64,000 nucleotides of DNA from IMG/VR virus record IMGVR_UViG_3300022752_000036, positions 31,646 through 95,645 of that record; one strand, written 5' to 3'. This stretch comes from a virus. The notes beneath the pieces were generated by a model, which was not told the origin of the DNA, made no database searches, and saw only the letters and a program-made list of their open reading frames with translations. Below, one piece after another: positions 19,553-30,096 of this stretch. Made by a program: the position numbers and the translations under genes. Position 1 is the first letter of the stretch; every line of letters begins with the position of its first letter.

Positions 19553-20236
19553 TTAAGCTGGGGTCCAAGTACGGTCAATAATCTTTCCGTACTCTGATCC
19601 TACGTAACCTGCGTCTGGAAGAAGACGGAATGTTACTGGGAAAGATGTTGGTGTATTACGAGCAAGTGAGAATTGTGACTGTTGTACAGACAATACACGA
19701 CGTGCATAGTAAATACGCTCTGAGTTTGGTGTTACATCTGTTGGAGCTTGTCCAATAGCTACGAGCTGACGCTCTGTTGGAGCAACACCGAGAGATCCTG
19801 CTTCAAGTCCAAGAGTCTTTCCTGAATTTGTAAGAGTTGATTGTCCCTGTCCGAAAACTACAAGAACGTTCTCAAGTGTTCCTTCTGCCATTTCTGTTGC
19901 GATCATAACTTCCATCGCAGACTTAAATAGCTTTGCTGTATCCAGCAACTGGTCAACAGTTACTGAATCGTATGTTGGGTTATAAGTGATCTGAAGACCA
20001 TTGTTAGTAAATCCAACGTTACGGTAAGCATTGTTTGCTGTTGACTGTGCAGCATCTAGTGTTGTACGATAAGAAGCTGTAGCAGCAAATGCTGGAACGC
20101 CATCTTTTGCAGATGTACCAGTTCTTGCTACTCCTGGCTCTGTATTTTCGACATAACCTGATACAGTAGAGTCAGAATTCGAGATGTAGAGCGGTGAAGC
20201 TCCCACAAGAATATTTTTGGCTGAGTTAAATGCCAT
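19553..20236 (-). CDS. Major tail (tube) protein
   Basis: NILVGA, VGFTNNGLQITY, VTVDQLLD, FPVTFRLLPD motifs; AGGAGG RBS; own promoter and terminator. Confidence 0.85.
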   Translation of the reverse strand: MAFNSAKNILVGASPLYISNSDSTVSGYVENTEPGVARTGTSAKDGVPAFAATASYRTTLDAAQSTANNAYRNVGFTNNGLQITYNPTYDSVTVDQLLDTAKLFKSAMEVMIATEMAEGTLENVLVVFGQGQSTLTNSGKTLGLEAGSLGVAPTERQLVAIGQAPTDVTPNSERIYYARRVLSVQQSQFSLARNTPTSFPVTFRLLPDAGYVGSEYGKIIDRTWTPA

Positions 20237-20333
20237 CTTTGTTTTTCCTCCTGTTTCAAAAAAATATATATATATATTTTGTTGCTGTCAATCTTTGAAT
20301 CTTTGGCTGGCTAGGCCCTTTCCTCTATATCCA

Positions 20334-20362
20334 ATTATAGGGAATTATGCCCCTTAAGGCAA
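20334..20362 (-). promoter_or_regulatory. Promoter TTGCCT-N17-TATAAT for major tail gene
   Basis: Same hexamers and spacing as the capsid-operon promoter at 26006-26034. Confidence 0.7.
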
Positions 20363-20363
20363 A

Positions 20364-20888
20364 TTAATCAAATCTGCCTGCTGTGTCAACATTACGGGCA
20401 TATTTAACTTCTAGTATAACGTCTGAAGAGAAGAACCCAGCTAGTTCTTCAGAGGGGGTGGTCGGAGATATATCAGCTATAAATACGCTATAGAACTTAA
20501 ATTTTTCAGATAACACTGAATAATCTCTATTTATTTCAGTAGCCGTCTCGTCCATTCTTCTATATACGTCAGTCATCATATTTCGAATTTGAACTATGTC
20601 TGAAATATCTGTAGAATATATTGTAAATAAAATTTGTTCGCAACAAATAACCCAGTTTTCTTCATAGGATAACCCTATCTTGTCATAGACTATATGCTTT
20701 TTACCATTTAAAAATTGATTCATTTCTGGCAATTGTTGAACTGGTATTATAGGAATTAACTCTTCTCCTAGATTATCGCTATAATAATCTTGTGGATTAA
20801 ATAGGTCTGCTTCTAGCAATTCCTGCCAAAGATGCGATCTTAAATCATACATTACATCATGTTTATAATCATTAACTGACGGGCTCAT
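20364..20888 (-). CDS. Tail terminator or completion protein
   Basis: Position immediately upstream of major tail; 174 aa acidic. Confidence 0.6.
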   Translation of the reverse strand: MSPSVNDYKHDVMYDLRSHLWQELLEADLFNPQDYYSDNLGEELIPIIPVQQLPEMNQFLNGKKHIVYDKIGLSYEENWVICCEQILFTIYSTDISDIVQIRNMMTDVYRRMDETATEINRDYSVLSEKFKFYSVFIADISPTTPSEELAGFFSSDVILEVKYARNVDTAGRFD

Positions 20889-21667
20889 TAAATTCCTCCA
20901 AATGCTGATGCCACTGCAGAAGTTGCTTGTAAATCTACAGTATTAGGCGAAAATGAGTATCTAACTTTTTTAATATCAACAGGAAGCTTCATTGCTTTTG
21001 TTAAAGAAGAATTGAATATTTGCTGGAACCCTGATTTCTTGATAGATAAATTTACAAGATTGCTTGTAAAAAATCTTGCATATGCAATTTGAAATCTATT
21101 TGTTGCTTTTCCTCCACCTGGTTTTTTAACAGTAACTGCTGCTCCCTTTGGCATTCTAATAACTCTTTCATCTATTTCAAATACAAGTCTTTCTGCTGCA
21201 CGTGGACGTATTACAACTGGATCTCCAGCTTCCATAACTGCTGCTTTATTTTTAAAAACGTGACGTGATTTTCCATAGTTTGTAGGCACCATTGATTTTG
21301 AATCTTTAAATGAATATCCTAATCTAAAAGATAAACCTATTGATTCTCTAATTTCTAGAGCAAATAATCTAGATGTTTTATTTCCCGTCTTTTTCCATTC
21401 ATACACATGATGAAGTGTTGATGGATTTATTCTTGCCTGTGCATCTATATATTCTCCAAAATCTTTTTGAATTTGAGAAAATATAACGCTACGAAATTTT
21501 TCTTGAAATTGTTTATTTGTTGTAAGTTTAGACATTACTTTAGATTGATAATATACTGCAGCAGAAACTTGTGCTACTGTACTATCTTTTAATACAATGC
21601 CAGAAGTACCAGACATGTACTTATGTAGTCCGCTGGCTGCTTGTACCAATACTGCACTAGAGTCCAA
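20888..21667 (-). CDS. Neck or tail-completion protein
   Basis: Basic 259-aa protein in head-tail block (LHHVYEW, VFKNKAAVMEAG). Confidence 0.55.
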   Translation of the reverse strand: MDSSAVLVQAASGLHKYMSGTSGIVLKDSTVAQVSAAVYYQSKVMSKLTTNKQFQEKFRSVIFSQIQKDFGEYIDAQARINPSTLHHVYEWKKTGNKTSRLFALEIRESIGLSFRLGYSFKDSKSMVPTNYGKSRHVFKNKAAVMEAGDPVVIRPRAAERLVFEIDERVIRMPKGAAVTVKKPGGGKATNRFQIAYARFFTSNLVNLSIKKSGFQQIFNSSLTKAMKLPVDIKKVRYSFSPNTVDLQATSAVASAFGGI

Positions 21668-22085
21668 TTACCTGGTTCTCCGATCTTTTAATTGTAGTGT
21701 TATAACCAACAACCACTCCAAACAAATCTGTTATAGGTGTTGTTCCCATAACTTCAAAAACAGTAGGTGTATCGGTTGGAAAGTTTTGTTCTACCCATAT
21801 TACTGTTCCTTCTGCGTCACGTAAATTAGTTATTTTTTCACGATATCCAATTTTACCTATTGTTCTAATTTGTATGATTTGCTCATTAGTATATTTATTA
21901 CTTAAAACTTGCTTGTCTCCGCTTCTAGAAGAAGAAGAATTAGATATGACTCCTTTTGCATGACAAGGTATACTTCTATCATATTGCCATTCTTTTTTTA
22001 ATTGTCCGCTGTCAGGATCTTGATAGTCTATTTGTTTATAGACGTCCATATTCATGCTTAATATAGAATCTATTAAATCATTCAT
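21657..22085 (-). CDS. Head-tail stopper or adaptor
   Basis: Size, position and beta-rich pattern (DPDSGQLKKEW...FEVMG). Confidence 0.6.
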   Translation of the reverse strand: MNDLIDSILSMNMDVYKQIDYQDPDSGQLKKEWQYDRSIPCHAKGVISNSSSSRSGDKQVLSNKYTNEQIIQIRTIGKIGYREKITNLRDAEGTVIWVEQNFPTDTPTVFEVMGTTPITDLFGVVVGYNTTIKRSENQVIGL

Positions 22086-23059
22086 TATATTACTACCATT
22101 TGGCTTAGCACGTAATCTGCAAGCAAATTATCAACATATAAATTTCCTGTTGTTTTATGTGCATCTGGCGTATATTCAAAATCCCAGTCAAATGTTGATA
22201 TTGATTTAATATATTTATTTCTCCAGATTCTATCTTTTGAGAAATAGTCTTTCATGAGTTCTATACATGCTGTTTCTATATCATTTGGAACATGTGTCCA
22301 GCCAAATCTTCCTTCAATTTTGTAAGCCTGATCTTTAACAAATGCTCCTTGATATGAATCATTGATAGAAGGTGGCACTAAACCGTTAGCTGAATATACC
22401 AAATTATCCAGCGAGCTTGCTCTATTGATTCTAACTCCAAATCCAGATTCTGATATTTGTGTTTGATATATCCAATTATTAGAGTTGCTTATATTATCTA
22501 AAACAAGAACGTCGTTTTGATATATTCTATGTATTGTGCTAATTTTTGCTGGCAAAGGAAGAACATCTGATCCAGAACCGTATACGGTAACAGTGTCTAG
22601 ATATGGATAAAATTTTTGAGTTGTAAAACTTTCAATTGTTTTTCTTGCATATCTTTCTGCTTGAACAATTTGAAAATATGTTTTATAGTTAGGGTCTGAA
22701 GGATCTGAGCCTAAACCTAGCTCTTCCCCAGCCTGTGTTATGTCTACATATGGAGTTACAACAATAAGGTCATCTGTTTTTTCTAAGCTTTCTCCGTTTA
22801 CAGAATACTCCCATTTAATAACCATTCTTCTATCTCTATTTACAAGAGAAATTGGTGGATATACTTCGTAAACTCCAATATCTGTTTCAATTTTTGTAGA
22901 AACAAGGGTAGACAAAACTGTTCCTGGATTAATATTGTAAAGAGGATCTAAAGTTACATCATATATCTTAGCTGTAGGTGTAAAATCAGCATCTGCTGGA
23001 GCACCTCTCCAATATACTTTATGCTTTATTGGTGCATTGGTCCCTACTAATATCTCCAT
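22085..23059 (-). CDS. Head-tail connector (adaptor) protein
   Basis: ARKTIESFTTQKF, GRFGWTHVPNDIETACIEL, TGNLYVDNLL motifs typical of adaptors. Confidence 0.7.
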   Translation of the reverse strand: MEILVGTNAPIKHKVYWRGAPADADFTPTAKIYDVTLDPLYNINPGTVLSTLVSTKIETDIGVYEVYPPISLVNRDRRMVIKWEYSVNGESLEKTDDLIVVTPYVDITQAGEELGLGSDPSDPNYKTYFQIVQAERYARKTIESFTTQKFYPYLDTVTVYGSGSDVLPLPAKISTIHRIYQNDVLVLDNISNSNNWIYQTQISESGFGVRINRASSLDNLVYSANGLVPPSINDSYQGAFVKDQAYKIEGRFGWTHVPNDIETACIELMKDYFSKDRIWRNKYIKSISTFDWDFEYTPDAHKTTGNLYVDNLLADYVLSQMVVI

Positions 23060-23069
23060 TTAGTAAAGA

Positions 23070-23477
23070 TTATCCGTAATACTCCTGTACTTCCTTTGGG
23101 GTAGCTAAACGGAAACCTTCCTCCTTGTCAAAAATTTCTTGAGCTTGATTTTCATTCATTGCAACAAACGGATGCTCTTTTGTAAATGTAAAACCAAGAA
23201 TATCATATCTAAAATTTTCTCTAGTCATTCTAACTAGTACTGTATCCTCTGCATTAATTGATTTTGTATCAAGCCTTGGAAGAACTTCTTCTGATGCAAA
23301 AGCGTCCTCGTTAGCCTCTTTAACTGTATCAAGTGTCTTTTGATATACTGACCAGGTCACGCCTTCTTCTGCTAATGCGGCAATTATATTTGCCTTGCTT
23401 TTAATTCCGTCAGTATCTACTGCAAAGTTCTCTGCAATTTCTCTGAGTTCTGCGACTTTTAATGTCTCAAATGACAT
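23070..23477 (-). CDS. Protein with N-terminal Rho-N/HeH-like domain
   Basis: LKVAELREIAENFAV...KSKANIIAAL; AGGAG RBS; TGCTATAAT at 23506-23514. Confidence 0.6.
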   Translation of the reverse strand: MSFETLKVAELREIAENFAVDTDGIKSKANIIAALAEEGVTWSVYQKTLDTVKEANEDAFASEEVLPRLDTKSINAEDTVLVRMTRENFRYDILGFTFTKEHPFVAMNENQAQEIFDKEEGFRLATPKEVQEYYG

Positions 23478-23530
23478 GTATTACTCCTTCTACTAGGTAT
23501 TAACAATTATAGCATTGTTAAATTAAAATG

Positions 23531-23565
23531 AAAAGCCCCCCAAAAATTTATTTTGAGGGGCCTTT
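23531..23565 (-). terminator. Intrinsic terminator after capsid gene
   Basis: AAAGGCCCCTCAAAA...TTTTGGGGGGCTTTT. Confidence 0.8.
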
Positions 23566-23586
23566 AGCGGATCTAAATCCTATATA

Positions 23587-24642
23587 TTAGGAAGCGACCT
23601 TAACGTTCTTGACAACTACCCAGCAGTCTGCCTGCTCGATTTGAACTCCTACACGAGTATACATTGTGTACTCAATAGAGTCCTTACGTGGCCAGAAGAA
23701 ACGATAAACTGTGACATCACGCTTAATACCAACAACAATGTTGTTAGGGAATGTCAAGTGTACATCTCCATGGCTTCCTGAAGCTCCTGTGTGGGTTCCT
23801 GTCTGTGTTTCTGGAAGTAGTGGAACTTCAACAATTGGAATACCAAATGCGAATGGTGCCACAAATCCTGCTGGACCACCTAGACCAGGCTGAGCTCCAC
23901 GGATAACGCTTGAAGCGATATCTTGTGGGTTAGCTGAACCATCTGAACCCAACTGTGATGTTGAGTATAGATAATCCTGGATCAAGTTTGAACCAGCAAG
24001 GAAGCGAAGGTCTGCACGGCGCTGCTTGTACTTACGTGGCATTGCCTTAAGTGCCTTGTTGAATACTTCACGAGAAATAGTTGCTCCTGTTGCATCAACA
24101 ACACGACCTGTTGCCTTTGACTTCTTTACAACGCCATCGAATGACTTGTAAAGTGCGTCTGATGTTAGAGATGTATCTCCATTTAGAAGAACATCTTCAA
24201 TGTCATTTCCTGCTTGTGTTGCCATCAAACGTGCAATATGATCTTCGAGATCTGCACCTTCGATGTTGTCCTCAAGGGACTCTGTTGAAAGCTCCCAGTC
24301 CATGCGGAGTTTCTTTGTTGTAAGAGAGATCTTTGAGAAGGTTACTGCTGAGTTAGCAGCTGTGTTTTCTCCTTCAGAAGCGAGCTTCATAAGCTTCTCG
24401 CCAACTGACATACGATCAATTTCTGCTGTATCTGACTTCAATCTTACTGTACGTGCGACCTTGCCGATTACGGTTGCGTCGAACATATAGTCAAGGAAGC
24501 GAGCAGATTGCTCTGGGTTTAGAAGACCGCCGTTGCCTGATTCGGCTGCACGGTGTACTCCACCAGCAGCGGTATCAGAAGCAAATGTGCCAGTTACTGT
24601 TGTACCAGCTGCGGCAGCTTTTTCTAATAGTTCATTGCTCAT
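23587..24642 (-). CDS. Major capsid protein (HK97 fold)
   Basis: GGLLNPEQSARF, ESLEDNIEG, LLNGD, FGIPIVEVP motifs; after protease/scaffold. Confidence 0.92.
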   Translation of the reverse strand: MSNELLEKAAAAGTTVTGTFASDTAAGGVHRAAESGNGGLLNPEQSARFLDYMFDATVIGKVARTVRLKSDTAEIDRMSVGEKLMKLASEGENTAANSAVTFSKISLTTKKLRMDWELSTESLEDNIEGADLEDHIARLMATQAGNDIEDVLLNGDTSLTSDALYKSFDGVVKKSKATGRVVDATGATISREVFNKALKAMPRKYKQRRADLRFLAGSNLIQDYLYSTSQLGSDGSANPQDIASSVIRGAQPGLGGPAGFVAPFAFGIPIVEVPLLPETQTGTHTGASGSHGDVHLTFPNNIVVGIKRDVTVYRFFWPRKDSIEYTMYTRVGVQIEQADCWVVVKNVKVAS

Positions 24643-24657
24643 TGTTTTTTACCTACC

Positions 24658-25998
24658 TTAGTTAAATATTTCGTTCACGGAACCGAGGAAAGAACCGTTC
24701 CATTTAGATTTCTTGATTGTTACCTCTTCTGATCGGCCAAGATCGGAAGACTTCTTAATTGCTGTTTCTGCCTCAACGGCATCTACACGCTTTTGTACTC
24801 CTGAAAGAGTACTTTTTACTTCATTTACAGCATTTGATAATGCTGTGTGTTGTTCTGCCAACTCTGTAATTCTAGCATCTACGCTCTTGCTGAATGTCTC
24901 AACTGTTTCCTTAATTGATGCAACTTGAGCAGCATTTGATTCGGATGCCTTTGTCAAAGTATCCGAGAAAAAGCCTTTTAGTTCGCCCAACATTTTTGCA
25001 AAATCAGGTTCTGCATTGACCTCAACTTCTGATACGTCGGCTGCTTTCTCCAGAGTTTCGGCAGGAGCGTCTTCTGCAGGTGCTTCTGCTGCGGCTGGAG
25101 CCTCTGCTTCAACTGCAACTGCTTCGGCTGGAGCCTCTGCAACTGGAGTTGTCTCTTCTGCAGCTACGGCAGTCTCTTCGACAACTGCTACTGCTTCTGT
25201 ATTTTCTGACACTTCATTACCTCCTTCTGCGTTTGCCTGTTTTGCTAATTGTGTATCAGGCAACGTAAATCTTGATTGCTTATATGCATCAAGAATCTTA
25301 TCTATCTCTTTTGACTTATTAACATCTGAGCTTTCAACCCATCCAATAAGTTCTGCTGGCTTTCCAGATACTGGAGAGTCATAAGTTTTTTCTGTTGAGA
25401 TAAAAACAGAATCGCTTTCTTCGCAATAAAAAATATTTTCAATTTTTGTTTCTGCAGCAATTCCTTTAAACACAAGTTGACCATTCATCTTTTGAATTGA
25501 CAAAATGTTGCATAACTCATTTGCTGGAGAATCTACAATTGAAAGTTCAAGCAAAGAATATTCTTTAATAAATCTAGTTGTTTTTCCTGTTGCTTTATTT
25601 ACTTCATTATCAGATTCTGTAATCTTTCCGCCAATTGAGAATCCAGATAGTGTGCCATCCAAAACTTTTTCCCATGTGTCTTGTGCACCCTTAGATATGT
25701 ATGCGTCTACATACACTCCATTATAAAATTCTTTTGTTCTTGGATCATAGTATGTTTCTGGTTTAAAAGAAATCATTTTGCCTACAGCATTTGATCCATG
25801 CATCTCACGAATATTTCCACGGAAAGATTCAAAAGCTTTAATTGATGCTTCTGCTGTTACGACATCGCCTGTTTGATCCAAATTATCTAGGGTAGCAAAT
25901 CCAGATACAGTTCTTTTTTCACGGTTGACCTTAGTAAAAGGAACCGAGAGAGAAATGCTGTTTCCATCGCTGGACCACAATGATTTTTCAATATTCAT
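24658..25998 (-). CDS. Prohead protease fused to scaffold
   Basis: VSGFAT, IREMH, GFSIGG, ELSIVDSPAN protease motifs; Ala/Glu/Pro linker and C-terminal coiled coil. Confidence 0.9.
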   Translation of the reverse strand: MNIEKSLWSSDGNSISLSVPFTKVNREKRTVSGFATLDNLDQTGDVVTAEASIKAFESFRGNIREMHGSNAVGKMISFKPETYYDPRTKEFYNGVYVDAYISKGAQDTWEKVLDGTLSGFSIGGKITESDNEVNKATGKTTRFIKEYSLLELSIVDSPANELCNILSIQKMNGQLVFKGIAAETKIENIFYCEESDSVFISTEKTYDSPVSGKPAELIGWVESSDVNKSKEIDKILDAYKQSRFTLPDTQLAKQANAEGGNEVSENTEAVAVVEETAVAAEETTPVAEAPAEAVAVEAEAPAAAEAPAEDAPAETLEKAADVSEVEVNAEPDFAKMLGELKGFFSDTLTKASESNAAQVASIKETVETFSKSVDARITELAEQHTALSNAVNEVKSTLSGVQKRVDAVEAETAIKKSSDLGRSEEVTIKKSKWNGSFLGSVNEIFN

Positions 25999-26005
25999 AT
26001 GCTTA

Positions 26006-26034
26006 ATTATAGGTTTTTATATATCAAAAGGCAA
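26006..26034 (-). promoter_or_regulatory. Promoter TTGCCT-N17-TATAAT, leaderless, for protease-capsid operon
   Basis: -10 ends 7 nt before ATG 25998; no SD. Confidence 0.7.
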
Positions 26035-26051
26035 ATAGTAGTTGAGTGAGG

Positions 26052-27635
26052 TTAGTCAACCTGTCTTCCGTCTCCCTTGGTATTTCGGCCTTCCCCAGAA
26101 ACGTCTGGAGAGTTTGCCTGCCTTTCTTGAGACCTTTGTCTACTATTCATGGCCTGAGATTTAATTTCTGCTGCCTTTGCCTGTAAATCTACAACGTCAT
26201 CTCCGCCCTCAATTGGAATCATTCCCTTTCTAATTCTAACTTCATTAGGGGTAATTACCTGCATTCTAAGATATCTTTCGTCAATCTTAGACTGGGTATC
26301 TTCATCTGTAAGGGTCAATTCATTAAATTTAAGAAGTAAGGCATCTGTTTTTTCTTCAAATATTCTATTAATTTTCTTTTCAAGAATCATTTGTGCTGGA
26401 CGGCAAACTTGCTCTTTAAACATCTTATCTGCATCACGAGCCACTGCAAGATTAACTCCCTCTGGAGTTCCTATTTTATTAATAGGTACACGATGAGCAA
26501 GCAAAATTTCATCTCTATTAGATTTACGATATTTTTCAAACGAGCCCTCTTGACTGCCTGCCTCAATAGGATCCATTTTAAATTCTACTTTAGAATCTGG
26601 AGAATCTGCTGGAAGCGGAACATATAGAGATCTGTGGTTCTTGCCTTTTAGGCCTACCTGGAAAAATTCTAATAGTTTTCTTTCAGATTCTGCAGATAGC
26701 TTTGCTCCCTTAACAGTAATAATGTATCTTGGAACTGCCTTATTTTCAAAATAATCTATGTTGTATCTGCCAGATAGTTCGTTTCCAGCTAATGCTACCT
26801 GTGCAGCAATAATATCTGGAACGCCATAATAATTATTCATAGGGGTATATTTCTTTAAATGAATAATTTCATTTGGTCTTTCTTCTTGACTTCCAATTGG
26901 ATTTTCTGTTTCTGTGTCTCCAAAGTTACGGAAAAATACTGCCTTACCATATAACAACTGAACAAAGCCATCACGAAGTCTACGCACTCTCATTGTCTTT
27001 GCTGGAATATGACCAATATAGCCAATGTTTCCTGCTGTAGTTCTTCCTATTTCAATATAACCATTTCCAGTAGCTTCTAGATCAGTATATGCCTTAATTA
27101 AGGTTTGTGTAAATGTATCTTCTTGGTTTGTTGAATCTACCCATAAGTGCATATCTTGTCTTAGCTTATTGAGTTTTCTACGAGCTCTCTCTAATTGTTT
27201 ATCATCTGTAATTGAATCAAATGCATCATTTGTTTTTTTAGTTTCAATAAAATCATAGCCCAATCCTACAATATTTGCAACCTTTGCATTAATTGCAGCA
27301 TAGTTATATGTAGAAATTTCATAAACCTTAGAAAGATATTCAAGATTATATGGTGGCTCAATTAGATCAAATAGTGCATATCCTGTAATAGCCTGTGCTA
27401 GCTGTATCTGTTGGGTTTTTGTATCTTCGATTCCGTCAAAAGATTTTGCTAGCTCTCTATTTACTTTTCTTCTAAAAGCTGGTCCTAGTCCTCTGACCTT
27501 TTTTAAATCTTCTAGCCCTGCAGCAAATGGATCATTACTTACTTGAGTTTCTTTTTTAAAAGAAAACCAATCGGCTGTATTTGATATATCAATAATATTT
27601 TCTGAACTATTGTCATCAAGAAATTGCACTGTCAT
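26052..27635 (-). CDS. Portal protein (PBSX/HK97-like)
   Basis: DLEATGNGYIE, EIIHLK, YYGVPD, ILLAHRVP, ITPNEVR motifs. Confidence 0.92.
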   Translation of the reverse strand: MTVQFLDDNSSENIIDISNTADWFSFKKETQVSNDPFAAGLEDLKKVRGLGPAFRRKVNRELAKSFDGIEDTKTQQIQLAQAITGYALFDLIEPPYNLEYLSKVYEISTYNYAAINAKVANIVGLGYDFIETKKTNDAFDSITDDKQLERARRKLNKLRQDMHLWVDSTNQEDTFTQTLIKAYTDLEATGNGYIEIGRTTAGNIGYIGHIPAKTMRVRRLRDGFVQLLYGKAVFFRNFGDTETENPIGSQEERPNEIIHLKKYTPMNNYYGVPDIIAAQVALAGNELSGRYNIDYFENKAVPRYIITVKGAKLSAESERKLLEFFQVGLKGKNHRSLYVPLPADSPDSKVEFKMDPIEAGSQEGSFEKYRKSNRDEILLAHRVPINKIGTPEGVNLAVARDADKMFKEQVCRPAQMILEKKINRIFEEKTDALLLKFNELTLTDEDTQSKIDERYLRMQVITPNEVRIRKGMIPIEGGDDVVDLQAKAAEIKSQAMNSRQRSQERQANSPDVSGEGRNTKGDGRQVD

Positions 27636-27973
27636 TTTAGACCACCTAGTTTTTTTATTTCGTCTTTATAATTTCCTATATCCAAAGGATCTGGAATTAG
27701 TCCCCATTTAAGTCTTTGCTCTTGCTCTGCATACTCTTCATCTGTAACTTTTCTTCTTGCTGAAAGAAATTTAGGCCCGCCCTCATATATGCCATACGTG
27801 CGAACTTCTCTAGCCAAAGCATCGATTCTGGATCTATTGCCTTTTTTTGACGTAATTGAAAGATAGTTACCCTCATCATCACCAATCCAACGCCCGTCTG
27901 GCATTTCCCATACATATACACCAAGTGGGCTTTCTTCTTCTAAAGTCTTATAGTTAATCTTATTAATATCCAT
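27632..27973 (-). CDS. Hypothetical protein coupled to portal
   Basis: 113 aa, ATGA overlap; TGGTAAAAT at 27982-27990. Confidence 0.65.
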   Translation of the reverse strand: MDINKINYKTLEEESPLGVYVWEMPDGRWIGDDEGNYLSITSKKGNRSRIDALAREVRTYGIYEGGPKFLSARRKVTDEEYAEQEQRLKWGLIPDPLDIGNYKDEIKKLGGLK

Positions 27974-28010
27974 ATGTCTTTATTTTACCATTATTATTTA
28001 CACAAGTCCA

Positions 28011-28039
28011 GAGTTTTGTCAAACAGAATGACAAAATTC
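28011..28039. repeat. Inverted repeat TTTTGTCA-N7-TGACAAAA upstream of portal promoter
   Basis: gagttttgtca aacagaa tgacaaaattc. Confidence 0.55.
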
Positions 28040-29866
28040 TTAAATACTAGCCGATTGATATTCAGTATTATTGATTAAATAGGCTGTTCCGTCATTGCCT
28101 AGGTCAGACTCAGTTAAAGATATAGAGGAATCTGTAATAGACAGCACATATTGGTGGGTATATAGCTGATAGTGATTTGTTGCCTGTTCTAATGTGAGGG
28201 CATCTGGATATGTGGCCAGATTGCTGTATACGTTTGATCCCCCTGATACTGATCCTGTTTGATTATAGTTAAATCTAATATTACTTGTAGCGGCTGAAGA
28301 TAAAACTAATACTATGTGATGCGGCATACCCCTTGTCAAAAATTCAGACACATTTGTAGCAGAAGAATGATTAACTCCATTTACATATACTCCAGAAATA
28401 TCAGATTTGTTTATTACCCCTGCTGCACTCCATTCAAATATTTTACTATTGCTTGAAAATAATACATTTTGTAATGATCCTGAAATTGATGGAGTAAACA
28501 CCATTTCAATAGATCTTATAGAGTTATTTGAATCAAGATTAAATCCTCCGCCATTAAACATCCTAAGTCCATTGTAGTCGTTATAAGAAATAATAGGATG
28601 GTTATATCTAGATAGTCCGTAATCGCTAGACGAGTAGATTCTATCTGATGAATTGTCTGCATAAAAATCATTATTAGAAAATAAATCAAGAGATAAAGAC
28701 TTTAATACTGGTAAATCTTTAGACGTATCTGAAGAAGACATTGTTACACGTAAGTAAACAAGACCATTTGTGATACCATCATTTTTATTAAAGAATGGTA
28801 TAGGACTATTATTTTTACAATTCTGCCAAGATGTTCCGTCTTGACTTACCTGTACTATTATATTTTCTACATCATCTTCCCAAGATACTTGAGATGTTAC
28901 TACGCCTAAAGAACTTGGAATAATTATTGTTTCTGTAAAAGAAAATGTTTTTGTTCCTGAAGTATTAGTTTTAGCAAATGTAATATATGATTGATCAGTT
29001 GACATAACTGCATTTTCATTAATAACTTCAGACCATAACTTTGTTCCTGGATAATAATATCTGGCTACTGGTCTCATTTTAGAATGATTTAAGCTAAATA
29101 ATGAGCCACCGTCTGGATAAACAATTTGAGAATAATCTAATTCTTTAATTCCCTCTATATAATGTTTTGCTATTTTTGAATCACTTAATATGTATCTATA
29201 AAAAGAAACAGAGTCTACTACAAAATAATTATTTGCTAGTGACGGTCCTGTAATCCATTCTGTTGTTGTATTTGTAAATATAAATTTATCTAGCGATAGT
29301 GATTGAACTTTGTTGCCATTTATATATAAAAATAAACCATTTTTTGTATATGTGCATACAATATGAATTGCTTTGTTGTTTGAATATTTATATCTTAATT
29401 CATTTGAATATACTTTAAAAACAATATCTCCATTTTGATAAAACAATCCTATATCTTTAAATGGATCTCCAAGTACTGTTACCTCTGAAGAGCTGTTGTT
29501 AGGCAGCTTTACCCATATTTCTAATGAAAAAGAATTATCTGAGTAATATTTATTTGCTAATCCTGGCACTTCGTATGATATTGTAGTCTCATCAGAAATT
29601 AATGTTCCATAAATTCCACCCGCAACTAATGGCATTATTTTAGAACCAGATATTCCAGAAACTGTTCCATTATTTAAATTACCTGAATAATCTAGGACTG
29701 CTTGACCAGATATTTGTTCATATGAAGTAAATGCGTCTCTTACTGCCTGATATGTTGGATACGTTGAAAGTATTTGATTATAATAATCAAATGTTCCAGA
29801 TTTTACTTCATCTAAAGTATAATACGATATAGGAGAATCAGCCAGTACGGTTCTAAAGTATGACAT
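28040..29866 (-). CDS. LamG/concanavalin-A domain virion protein
   Basis: DSPISYYTLDE, DYSGNLNNG, FSLEIWVK, HIVCTY...LYING, DSVSFY. Confidence 0.8.
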   Translation of the reverse strand: MSYFRTVLADSPISYYTLDEVKSGTFDYYNQILSTYPTYQAVRDAFTSYEQISGQAVLDYSGNLNNGTVSGISGSKIMPLVAGGIYGTLISDETTISYEVPGLANKYYSDNSFSLEIWVKLPNNSSSEVTVLGDPFKDIGLFYQNGDIVFKVYSNELRYKYSNNKAIHIVCTYTKNGLFLYINGNKVQSLSLDKFIFTNTTTEWITGPSLANNYFVVDSVSFYRYILSDSKIAKHYIEGIKELDYSQIVYPDGGSLFSLNHSKMRPVARYYYPGTKLWSEVINENAVMSTDQSYITFAKTNTSGTKTFSFTETIIIPSSLGVVTSQVSWEDDVENIIVQVSQDGTSWQNCKNNSPIPFFNKNDGITNGLVYLRVTMSSSDTSKDLPVLKSLSLDLFSNNDFYADNSSDRIYSSSDYGLSRYNHPIISYNDYNGLRMFNGGGFNLDSNNSIRSIEMVFTPSISGSLQNVLFSSNSKIFEWSAAGVINKSDISGVYVNGVNHSSATNVSEFLTRGMPHHIVLVLSSAATSNIRFNYNQTGSVSGGSNVYSNLATYPDALTLEQATNHYQLYTHQYVLSITDSSISLTESDLGNDGTAYLINNTEYQSASI

Positions 29867-29886
29867 AGTATTCTCCTAAAGTATTA

Positions 29887-30087
29887 TTAAATAAGTGCTG
29901 CTATTTGTGCTTCTTTTTCTGCAATAGATGCTGTTAAAGTAGCAACAGTTTCTGCAGTTGGAGTTGGCTTTGCATTTTCTGCAATTAGCTGAACTTCAAG
30001 TGCATACATTTGATACTCAAGATTTCTAATTTCTGCTTGAGCAATTGCTGTTTTTTCATCTTCTGTCAGTCTTGTATATGTTGGCAT
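29887..30087 (-). CDS. Small helical-hairpin protein
   Basis: 66 aa, AGGAG RBS. Confidence 0.65.
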   Translation of the reverse strand: MPTYTRLTEDEKTAIAQAEIRNLEYQMYALEVQLIAENAKPTPTAETVATLTASIAEKEAQIAALI

Positions 30088-30096
30088 TTTTTCTCC

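Noticed and set aside
27632-29866. Terminase expected upstream of portal
   Set aside because: No Walker A or nuclease motifs in these ORFs; the terminase probably lies outside the window, so its absence is not claimed as a finding
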